NCBI GenBank assembly: GCA_010405405.1
Contig: MU004235.1
Coordinates: 1,871,539 to 1,935,538, forward strand
Direction: 5' to 3'
Source of the DNA: Microthyrium microscopicum
Lineage: Eukaryota
DNA: 64,000 nt
Shown here in pieces: positions 12,406 to 23,320 of this stretch. Every line of letters begins with the position of its first letter. Within the stretch, counting starts at the first letter, position 1. The translations under genes and the position numbers were made by a program. A model generated the notes under the pieces. It worked only from the letters and a program-made list of their open reading frames with translations. It was not told the origin of the DNA and did not search any database.

Positions 12406-14190
12406 TCAAATGGTCAACTGAATCACATTAGGGAAACACCGGCCATCGAGACAGAATGACTTCAATTGTTCATCCCACTTATATTCGCGCCGTTTCAGTA
12501 TCAACTTGCGGATCTTGGGTTTGGGGAAGTCAGACGGAAACCTTAGCCTCCTCATATCAGTGATTGCTCGATTGGCCACAAAGTCTAGCGTCAAAACCTC
12601 GAGATGTGGACAGTTCTCACAAAGCCAAATTACATGCTCCAAGTCAATCAAAGCGATTTCGTCTGCACTGTTGTTCGGCTCCCAAGAGGCCACAATCAGG
12701 TTGAGAGAGGCTATGGAGGGAAGACATGCAGCAATTTGCTTGAGCATGGAACCATCTAGCGGTCCAAGGTACGGTGCTATAATGTCAAAGCTTAGAAAGT
12801 GAAGCTTTGAGTGCCAGGAAAGAAATTTGAAAACCGAATTTCTCAAGCGGATTGACCCAGTGGCTGAGAAATGACCGAACTCAGATGCTTCGTTGTAATG
12901 CGTGTGTTCAATATTAAGAGAGAAATGACGAAGCTGCCCAGGCCCGTCGCTCACGGCCGGAGAGTCGAAGAAATCCTCCAAGGCTTTGTACGTTGGAGCT
13001 ATGAACGGTATTCCGGGCTGGAAACTGACTTCAATCTCCACACGTTGGAGAGACAAAGGATAGGCAAGCTGAGCCATCATTTCGGACACCAAATTGAGTC
13101 TTGAGATTGTCAATTTCAAAGTACGTAACTTCGGTAGAAGTGGCCCCTTGATCTTAGCCACGGATGTCCAATTTGTCAATGCATCGATTCTGCAGCCTAG
13201 CGACCGTAGTGGACAGTCTGCGAGTGCAAGGAGAAGTTGGTGATCTTCCAGTAAAGCCGGAAATATGTCGAGGCAAGTAAGATGAGTCGATTCTACGAGT
13301 TGTGTGAGGGGCGCTCGAAGTTCTGGCCAGTGAGCCGTTCTGGCTTTGAAGCTTAGCGAATTGAAGTCTCTGTTAGACGCTAGAGAGTTGAGGGTCTCTA
13401 TACATCTCTTCACGGTAGTCAGGGTTTCGAGTGCCGCCTGCGGCCGCGACCGCACCGGAAAGATGGGTTCATGATCGTGGAGGCGACAAGAAGCATTACC
13501 GACCGCATTGAGTTGTAAGCTCTTGAGGTTGTTATTGAAGAGATGCCGCATTGGTGTTACATCGCACTCCATACCTTGAGATATAGCAATATCTTCAAGG
13601 TTTGAAAACCATGTGCTGGCTCGTCGCATTTTGCTCATGTGCATAAACACAGAAGGATGAATCCGGGGCCAATCAGGCCAGGATTCCCAATTATTGCCTA
13701 GGCCATTCTGATTGATTAGGCGCTTAACACATCCCGCATACAGATCAAAACGAGTCCAGTCATCTTCGATCATTTCTCGGACAAAAACCTGTCTGATGTC
13801 AGTCTGGAAGTTTGTTTGTCTCAATGTCACTCGCCAGGATCAGCTGAACAAACTCACCAACCGGTTTGGCCGTAGAACTGTACGAGCACCAAGAATGTAG
13901 ATGCTTTGTGAATCTTCGTCGATGTTCTCATCCTTCCAGAGAGAGGGAGGAAATGTCTTGATCAACGAAATCAGCGAATCTGCCTGTTGCCATAGAATAG
14001 GGTAGGCCATCTCCCACAATGATCTACAGCAAAAGCCGAAGTTACGAATGTCGACCCTCTGCTTGTGAGAAAGTGCGTTGCTAGGATCTCCTTCGAAGGC
14101 AAGTTGGTCGCGTGTGTTGAAAGCATCATCAGCAACGCCCTCCACCAAGATTTTGTACACGATATCGTAGACAGTGAACAGGCGATGCAT
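12406..14190 (-). CDS. F-box-like/LRR-like paralog 2
   Basis: MHRLFTVYDIVYKIL...FGFCCRSLWEMAYPILW...LIKTFPPSLW, intron 13789-13857, VFVREMIEDDWTRFDLY...PRIHPSVF...WLCENCPHLEVLTL. Confidence 0.8.
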
Positions 14191-14918
14191 GTTGGCGAGT
14201 GCACTGGCGTCAGAGATGCCGGAGGCGTAGAGGCGCGTGAGGAGTTCAGTGATGGAATGACTTATGGAAAAGATTTGGACGACGAAGACAGCAGCCTCAA
14301 TAGCTCAGCATGACCACGTCGTGGAAGTCGGAAAGTTTGAAAACGATGATAGAAGCCAGGGAGGAGAAGACTAACGGAGAAGAAAAGACAACTTTGTGGT
14401 TGTGGGGTAACGTGTTGGTGTGGAAGCGACTAGAAGTAGCAGATTTGCTTTGGGAAAGAGCAAGGCAATGGTACCTTCCTATCTCGAATCGTGACTTCCA
14501 TCTACAGCCTGGTCTCTATCGTGCTTTCCCAGCTAACGTTCAAGGAATGCTAGCTCCCATCAGCTCCGATGTCTGCCAGGAGATCTTTAGAAGCAAGACG
14601 GATATGATTGCTGAGAGGTTAAGAGATATACTTATTAGATTATCGAATGATATTTGCCGAAAATTTCCATACAGGCACAATGAAGCAAGGCAATATAAGC
14701 AAAGACTTTTATTCTATCAGTGGCTACCTCTGTACACTACACAGTTCCTTATGTTATCGCAGTCGGTTGTCCAGTATCGTTATGACAAAGCTTGCTAACA
14801 TCACTTCTAATCCGATCTGAGCCATTCAAGAATTTCCAAAAGCGCTAGATTTACCTCGGAGAGGTTCGTGACATGAGCATAAAGTGGCGCCATGCAGAGA
14901 CCAAGGTGTTCGGTAATA

Positions 14919-17364
14919 CTAGGCGGTATCAAAAAGATTGTTCTTTGATGAAATTTTGCGGAACTTGATCCAATTTGAGAGGATAGGGTCAGGGGCTACT
15001 TCAAGGCCTGGGAAGCTCTGGGCGAGATACTTGGTGATTTTCCGAGGAATGGATCGAGAATATCTGAACTTTAGCAGTTCCAATGTCCGGATACTAGGTG
15101 TTGGCTTCTTCCAGGCTACATTGGTGGGTATGTGAGATGTGTCTACACCGCCCAATTTCAAGGTCTGTAGATGGGGACATTCGTAGCAGAGCCACACGAC
15201 ATCACTCAAGTCCAACGACTGATGGAACATTGACGTATCATCACTTGTATCTTCATCGGAGTTCTCATGAGGGCTTCCGTCAAGATTTCTACGAGAGGTG
15301 TTTCCAGAGCCTCCACCGAATCTCTGATCAAAGGTCATTTCAGAGTCTCTGCCAGGGCTCTGTTCAGAATCATATACAGAGTTACCGTCGGAATCGTTGT
15401 CAGAATCATCAGAAGAATCATCAGAAGAGTCATCAGAAGAATCATCAGAAGAATCATCGGAGGAATCATCAGGATTGACACCGGGGTCTTTCTGAGAAAT
15501 ATCAACGGAACCTTGGGCGAGACTATCATCTGAGCTTTCGTCAGAGCTTTCGTCAGAGCTTTCGTCAGAGCTTTCGTCAGAGCTGTCATCGGAGAAGGTG
15601 TGATTAGAGGTGTGATCAGAGATGTTTTTGCGGTTAGATCTCGAGTCTTTCTTCGCATTTTCAGCGGAGCTTTCATCGGAGCTTTCATCGGAGGTGTTAT
15701 CTGAAATTTCATCGCGGCTTACTCTAGCGTCCGTCTTGGACTTCTCGGCGAAAGCTTCTTCAGAGCTTCCATCGGAGGTGTCGTCAGAGGTGTCATTGAA
15801 GCCTTCAAAGCCACCTGGCTCAGCGAAATTAGCATACCGCATGTAAGAATCCGAGTCGTTCTCATAGACGCTGGCGAAGCCCGTGTAATAGTCGTCGTCA
15901 AAATCGTTGTAAAGGCCCATATGGAAGTCATCGTCAACATCACTATCAGAGTCATTATAAGTAACAGTCCTATTGTCGAGGCTGAGATGCTGTATGCAAG
16001 GAAGCGACTCAACGATATACTCCAGCAAAGGCCTATCCAATTGCCCAGTCAAGAATGGCAATACCCCGAGCGTTAGGTTGGTGAGTTTCGTGTGCCACGA
16101 AAGGAATTTCAGCAAAGAAGCTCTTGCGATCTGTTGCTGCTTGGAAGATGATGGCGAATGGCCTTTGAGAAGTTCGCCAACCAACGCAAAGCTTTGGAGC
16201 TGGCCGGAGCCTTCTGCCCAAACCAAAGCGTCAAAGAAGAGCGAGAATTCCTTGCACGTTGGAAGAGACAATTCTCTATCGGAGGGAGTATCGAGCTCGA
16301 CACAGAGAACGCGAAGAGCATGAAGATTGGCCAGTTTTGGTAGAATGGTCGTTAGATGAGCCAACTTTGGGACAGTCATCGTCAGGCTTGTAAGATTCGG
16401 AAAGAAAGTTTCGAGGTTCTCAGCCACTTTGAGCCAATGTTGCGGCGAATCCATCTGGCATTTCAGCGACTGTAATGAGGATTTGGCAAGCGTAAGGAGA
16501 AGCTCTTCGTCCTCCAAGAAGGCGGGCACAACACCTAGATTGACGATGGATCGGTTTTCGATAAGTAGTATGAGATCTTTTCGTAGCATTCGTAAGTGCC
16601 CCGTGGTTGCTTCGAAATTCAGTGAGTTGATGTTAGGCGCTGACGAAAAAAGGCTTTCTAGAAAGCTCTTTAGAGTGATGAAAGTTTCTTTGCGTCCCTC
16701 GTGGCGCCCATCTGAGTCGTTATGAGCCAGATCATCACTTGGCATACCGACTGAGGAAACATGCAAAGACTTGAGAGCTCCATTGAAGAGTTGTCTCACC
16801 GGAGATATGTCGCAGAACAATCCCTGCTCAAGTTCAAGTTCTTGAAGTTTCGGGAACCAAGTCGTAGGATGGCGCCATTTAGCCATCTGGGTAAACACAG
16901 AAGCATGAACACGAGGGGTGGAAACGTCCCAGGCACTTTCATCTTCCGTCTCGTCGTAGGGGACGAGCGTACGAACGCACTCCGAATACATGTCGAACCG
17001 GATCCAGTCTTCCTCAACCATATCTCGAGTAAATGTCTGCTTAGGGTTAGTGAGTGAAGGAATAACTCTCTTGAATGTCCAAGAATAATATGTGACTTAC
17101 GATTTGTTTCTGCATATTTCCTCTCAAGCCAGTAATTTTACCATGATGGGTGGTGTTTGAGACTCCTTCATCTTTCCAGAGATCTGGTGGGAATGTCTTG
17201 ATCAAGCATTCGAGCGACTCAGCTTCTTGCCAAAGAAGTGGATAAGCCGATTCCCAGAACGCCTTGCAACAAAGACCAAAGGATTTGATACTCGCAAAGT
17301 CCTCATTTGTGATGTTCTCCAATATCAGCAACCGAATTTCGGCAATTCCAAGAGCGCGATGCAT
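14919..17364 (-). CDS. F-box-like/LRR-like paralog 3 with a long acidic Ser/Asp insertion
   Basis: MHRALGIAEIRLLIL...FGLCCKAFWESAYPLLW...LIKTFPPDLW, intron 17037-17100, TFTRDMVEEDWIRFDMY...WLCYECPHLQTLKL. Confidence 0.8.
15400..15592 (-). repeat. Two coding 12-bp tandem repeat tracts, (SSDD)n and (SSDE)n
   Basis: Plus-strand units tcatcagaagaa (about 15400-15472) and gagctttcgtca (about 15527-15592), inside paralog 3. Confidence 0.9.
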
Positions 17365-17488
17365 TTTGACTGATGGAGTGGTGTCTTTGACGAAGCAGTG
17401 ATAGCGTTTATCGAATCCGATGGCAGGTAGAGATTACACTTCGCAAATGATGCGAGGGCAGATGTTGTGGTGAATGAGAGCAAGCTCT

Positions 17489-17762
17489 CTGATGAAGAAT
17501 TAGTAGCGAAGTGCGCAAGCTCAAACTATTGAGTCTTTGATGAAGAATTAGTAGCGAAAATGAGGTTGTGTGGAGCGTTGACGCTCACCTGCTGACTGAA
17601 AGCGAAAAGATTATTGAGGGAAGGAGCGAGGCAAATAGCGCCTTCCTGTTCAGATGTTGGTCCATTGTGACTTCCTGTATAGGTTTAATCGCCCGTAGTC
17701 CCTTCCTGTTTGATGCTGGTCCATTGTGACTTCCTCTTTTAGCCCTCCTCTATTTGATGCTG
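17489..17762. repeat. Local direct duplications upstream of paralog 3
   Basis: tgatgaagaattagtagcgaa occurs twice (about 17490 and 17538). ccttcctgtt..gatg.tggtccattgtgacttcct occurs twice (17641 and 17701), with a partial third copy. Confidence 0.85.
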
Positions 17763-18119
17763 TAACCACCCATCGAGTGGCCACAACGCTCAATGTACTT
17801 CCACGGCTACAATCTATAAAGAAAGATAATCGAGTGTCTTGTTGCCAAAAGACGATGCTGATTTTCTCGACTGGTTATAGATAGTAATGGAAACTACCTC
17901 ATCTTATATGTAGAAGCGGTAGTGGAAGCCATGGAACATGAGAGGCACATCATTTATTTTGCCTGTTCTGTCGATTGTTTGTGATTGTTCAATAGAAATA
18001 CAATTGTAATAAGCATGAGCAGCACCAAGAAAACACGTCTGCGTAATCAAGGACTGCTCGTGGTATTGCTCCAGTCTGAGGTTTCCTCGTCCGGCCGGCT
18101 AAGCTCTTGCCCAGCAGAT

Positions 18120-19912
18120 TCATAGCAAAGGCTGTGATGTAGGAGTGATAGTGTCTGTCAAGGCTTTTTGGACGAAAACAATCCATTTGAACAGATGGTC
18201 CAAAGGACACGCTTGAAAACCAGGGAACGTTCTGTCGAAATACCGGACAACTTGATCAACACGAGATTCCTTTAGCGGTAGTTGCCCAAGTCCCAAGCAC
18301 CGGAGTGCAGGCATTCGGTCCCTCTCCACTGGGTTCGGGATTCGAGATAAATCGACACCTTCTAGGGTCAAGTTCTCCAGATCAGGGCATTGGAAGCAGA
18401 GCCAAACAATGTCATCCAAGGTAAGTAGTTGTGGCGGTTCTTCCCAGTCCTCATTCTCACATGTCTCTATCAATTCAAGATTCTGTACGCGGGATAGGAA
18501 TGGAGCGATAAGCTCCAAGAAAGGCTTGTCTAGGCTCAGGGCTATCATCTCAAGGCGGAGAGTGATAAGCTGTGAATGACATGCCAGAAAATCCACCACT
18601 GAAGCTCTCAGACGAGCTTGTTCATGGTCCGAAGCAACAAAGTCCTCGGGGGGATCGGCCATTCCCGAAAGAACGAAGCCCCTAAGGCGGCCTTGTCCTT
18701 TGCTCGTCACCAAAGCATCAAAGAGTAGGAGTAATTCTGCGTTTGTAGGTGCCGCGCACTCGACGTTCCAAGTAAAATCAAGGTCGATCCGGAGACGGGA
18801 GAGAGAAAAGCGGCTGGCTAGGTGTACTAAAATTTCGACTGCGTCCTTGAGCCTTGGGATTTTCATTGCTAGATTTGTAAGATTCTGGAAGAGTGGTCCA
18901 ACATGATGGGCTACGTTCAACCAACTCTGTGATGAGCTTACGCAACAGTTGAGAAATTTCAATGGAGACTTTTCGAGTACGAATATGAGCTTTTCGTCTT
19001 CTAGTAATGCTGGGGATATTCCTAGACTTGTAAGTTCATGGGTCTGCACGAGGGTAATCATCTGGCTTTGGAGTTGTTGCAAATGTGCCGATGTTGCCAT
19101 GAAGTCCAGGCACTTGATATTTGGTGCTAGCCAGCATAAACCTTCCAAGAAGTTTTCCAACATAGCGAGGGTTTGGTCTCCTTGTTCTTCAATGCCATCG
19201 GTATCATCGGGGTCCATATCTAGATTGATACCGGATACACCGACGGATTCGACAGTCAAGAAGACCAGACTGTTGTTGAAAAGATTTCGTAGATAGATTA
19301 TGTCACAGAGCCATCCTTGGGGAACAACGATATCTGCAAGCCGTGGAAACCATGTTGAGGGGTGACGTGACCGGCTCATCCAGGCGAAAACATTGGCGTG
19401 GATTCGAGGAACTTCCTCGCTCCAAGGTCCAGCGTCTGGCACTTCCTCAAAAACGGTAAGCTTTTGAACACATTGGGAATATAGATCAAAGCGTGTCCAA
19501 TCATCTTCTACCATCCTGCGTGAGAAGTTCTGGGTAGCTTTAGTAAGGTCGTACGAGTACGGAAGTGGCTAAAGATGAGCCAGTAATGACAAAGAGGTGT
19601 ACTTACGATTTGCTTTCGCGAGTTACTGCCGGTGGAGATATTTTGGTCCCAGAAGTTGGCTTGATCTGCATTTTCAGGGAGCTCGTCTGTCCACAGCGTC
19701 GTCGGAAACGTCTTGATCAAACACTCAAGCGACGATGGTTCTCGCCACAGAACTGGATATGCTGCCTCCCAGAACAATTTGCAGCACAGGCCATAGGAGA
19801 GAAGCGAATGCTCTGGAACTGTCAACGTCCGGCTGCCGTCTTCGAACGAGACATCCACTATGTGATTCAGAATTAGTAGCTGCAGCTCCGGGATAGCAAG
19901 AGCGCGATGCAT
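18120..19912 (-). CDS. F-box-like/LRR-like paralog 4
   Basis: MHRALAIPELQLLIL...YGLCCKLFWEAAYPVLW...LIKTFPTTLW, intron 19530-19606, NFSRRMVEDDWTRFDLY...WLCFQCPDLENLTL. Confidence 0.8.
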
Positions 19913-20654
19913 GTTGGCGAATGCTGTAGAATTGAGAGCTGTAGTGATGGAGAAAAGATTTGATTTTGTGGTAGTTTTGGATTTCTTGGGCTGGCATGCT
20001 CGGAAGACGCATTTGGGAAGGCGCGACAGTGGCTACTGCCTGTTTTCCTATCGTGACTTCTACTCTAGGGAATATTAGGTATGCTACTAGGCTCCACCGA
20101 CTGGGGTGCCGAATGTACTAACAACGAACGTCTTGAAAGAATGCAATGTGAGGCATGCCATCGTTTGGAGAGGATGCTGGTAGCCGTCGCCATTGATGTG
20201 CTTGTACCAACGATCCTCCCTGAAATCAAGCGGTTGCTATCAAAGTGAGCTAGTTGAAGCTGAACTTAGAGGTTAACTGAAGCCGCGATCGCTGACAGAG
20301 CCCTGCCAGCAAAGGAGTAGATTGTTAGCATGACTTATTCATGACTCTCATCTCAAATGAGCGCATAACAAATGTGTCCATACCGATGGCTGTAACCACG
20401 TCCTTTGAAATATCGCACTCAGCAAAGTATCCAAGCCTCCACGTCCTCTATGGTGAGAAGCGTGTCCATGATTGATTGCCTGCACTGGAAGAGGAACGAT
20501 GTGATGTTGATGGAATTTTTCGAAATCAATTACTAAAGAAACTTTTGTATCAGTACACAGTACCTCCCGATTTGCCCATTGAATGATTAGTAGTAATACA
20601 AGAAATATTTTCTGTCCCCGCGCGCAAGCTAATTTCCAGAGCAGTTGTAAACGC

Positions 20655-22682
20655 TCATCGATCATGTGGACTAGCACTTGATTCAAATCCAGTATGACCA
20701 ATCATGCAATTCAGGTTCCTTAAGGGAGTGAGCCTCAACAGAGGGAAACTCCTTCGCAGAAACCAGGCAAGATGTCCGAGCTGAAAATCATAGACCTCGG
20801 AGCCGTTAAGATCCAGATGTCTAAGCATAGATGTCTTGTTTGTCTTTTCCAGGCCAGGTATGGTATGACAATCAATTTTGCCTAGAGTCAGGCTGCGTAG
20901 ATCTGGGCACTGGCCACAAATTCTTACAACATCGCCGATATCTAGGGTGCACTTTTGTCTTCCGAGATCAAGAGATCGAACCTGAGATTTATTAGTGTAT
21001 GATTCATGATACGCGAGCCAATGAACGCGCTGGGAGCCATCGAGTAAGATGGGAGCCACCGTGTTTTTGGTCTTATCGAAAGTCGACAAAAGCTGGGTTG
21101 ACACAGGGGACTGAAAGCTTACCCGAGGAATGGATGCGATTATCATCTCAAGAAATGGTCGACTAAAAGGCTCGACAAATGGTCTTTCCATCCAGAGGAC
21201 CACATCGGTGAGATTCGGGTGTGAATAGAGCGCTTTCCCGATCGTATAGGCAACGCGAAGTTGTTCGGCAGTCGGTCCTGTGGCGTGCGACCCTTCAATA
21301 TGGCTCCTACGGCCGCTCCGAAAAGTTAGATTGCGCAGCTGACCATGGCCATCGGTCGCGAGTAATTCGAAGAAGTCCTCGTAGTCTTTGCTAGTAGAAG
21401 CTGTAAAGTGTGATGTATCTTGTTCATAGGTCAATGAACGCAGAGAGTGTGGGTAAGCTATTCTACTTATGAGCCCAGTCAGCAAGCGCAGACTACGAGG
21501 CTTCACACTCAACTCAATGAGACTAGGGAAGAGAGGCCTGGAATATGTTAGCATATGGTTGGATATGAAACCATGACACTTCCATCACGTTCGGTGGAAT
21601 CCATAGCACTCGATTATAAACGCTTTACATGGGTGCCATCGAATGCGCGGGAACATACGAGAAGTTTTCCAGGTTCATCGGAGGTTGTCAATATCTTACC
21701 CAATGAGTGAAGCGGCGGAGACAAAGTCTGTCGAGTCTTTGAGCTCACAAGTTAGAGATGTCAGTGACGCCTCGGATATTGCTTGAATAAGTTCTTCTCC
21801 GTGTAGAGGTGCAAGAGAAATATCCAAGGTGGTCAAATTGGTTCGTGTTTGAAGGAGTGTAATGATTTGGTCCTCTAGGTTCTCAAGATCCTTGGGATCA
21901 ACGACTAATCGCAACGTGGTCAAATTTGGCGCAGAGCGGCAAAGACTTTCCATAATAGTCTCGTTTGCATTGTAAGTCCAATTTATCCATTCTTTGACTC
22001 GAAGTGACATATCTTCGCCGCTGGCTTCATCTTCCAATTCTTCATCGTCGATACACAGGTTGGATGATTGGAGAAAAAACGACTTGACATTCCTATTGAA
22101 GAGAATGTGGATTGGTTGAACGTCAAAGGGCAATCCATCATAACTCTCAATGTGTTCCAGAGCCGGCAACCAAGTCGTAGGGCAGCGCCACGTAGCCATG
22201 TGGGTGAACACTGAGCTGTGAATTCGAGGAGTGGTAATGAGATCCGTATCTGCTTCCTCATGATCTCTATCGGAATATGGCGACTCGTATATGTGATGAA
22301 GTTCCAGCATTCGTACGCATTGAGCATACATATCGAATCGGGCCCAATCCTGGGCAACCATGTCGCGTTTGAAGACGAATTGCTTTAGTAGCATACCTTG
22401 GTAAATGGAATCGTCTTCCTGCCAACCGGCGGGAAGAATTCGTGTTATCTCGACATCTTCCCAAAGGTCGGAAGGAAGTGTCTTAAGAAGGGATTCGAGG
22501 GAAGTTGCTTTGCTCCAGAGAAGAGGATAGACAACAAGCCAAAGACTTTTACAGCACAGCCCAAACGAGAACAATGTCAGATCTTGGTCATAACTGGGAC
22601 GGTACGGTTTCTCGAATGTACCTTCAACCACATTTTCGAGGATCATCAATTGTATCTCGGGAATAGCGAGAGCACGATGCAT
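20655..22682 (-). CDS. F-box-like/LRR-like paralog 5 (different intron set)
   Basis: MHRALAIPEIQLMIL...FGLCCKSLW...KQFVFKRDMVAQDWARFDMY with no intron. Inferred introns 21538-21699 and 20982-21122. C-terminal RICGQCPDLRSLTL. Confidence 0.78.
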
Positions 22683-22952
22683 GGTGACGGAAGATAAGTA
22701 AGTGATTTTGGCGGGCTGAATGCATATGCGAGCGAACTGACTGGACAGGCTGGGGATGAACAACTTGAACGGGCTCGATGTAGATCTTGATGCGAGTACT
22801 GTTGGCGGGCTGGATGCAGATGAGGGCGAGCTCAATAGGCAAGTTGAGGAAAAAAGAGGCCAGTTTCGATTTTTCAAGTTTTGGAGGTAACAGATTTGGG
22901 CGGGTTGAGTTTCCATAGTGACTGCCTCGTTTTAGGATCCAATGCGGTCGTG

Positions 22953-23022
22953 CCTTCCTTCAATTCATGCCGTTCTGTGTCGCGCCTTCCCTCAATTCAT
23001 GCCGTTCTGTGTCGTACCTTCC
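22953..23022. repeat. 32-bp tandem repeat (about 2.2 copies) upstream of paralog 5
   Basis: ccttcc(t/c)tcaattcatgccgttctgtgtcg(cg/ta) twice, followed by ccttcc. Confidence 0.85.
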
Positions 23023-23320
23023 ATTCCAAGACGACAAAGTCTTGGCGCACTCCCATCAAGTGCGATATCCGCTACCACACCTTTTGAGAGCATGTTCTCG
23101 AGTATCCATTCTGCCAGTTCGACGGGAAAGAAAGGTGTCAAGGATAGAACGTAAATGGTGGGAGCCACATAACTCGATGGGAATTGCCATTTATTTCGTC
23201 GGCCGGACGGCGTGCATAGTATACCTGGGTTGTGATAAGTTCTACATGGTCCTTTGAACTTATCGAGAGCTGGCGAACGAAGATAACGAAAGTCGTGGTA
23301 TGAGATACTACTCATGCAAT

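Noticed and set aside
14310..14798. 162-aa plus-strand ORF between paralogs 2 and 3
   Set aside because: No recognisable motif, and it overlaps the putative promoter of paralog 2; likely spurious, though not excluded.
15267..15712. Alternate-frame and antisense ORFs with RRII, QKNH or TKAL repeats
   Set aside because: Shadows of the 12-bp coding repeats in paralog 3.
17641..17762. CRISPR-like repeat-spacer pattern
   Set aside because: Only two imperfect copies plus a fragment, in eukaryotic DNA with no cas genes.
22683..22916. 78-aa N-terminal extension of paralog 5 in the ORF track
   Set aside because: All paralogs start at MHR; the extension is low-complexity repeated leader sequence, probably 5' UTR.
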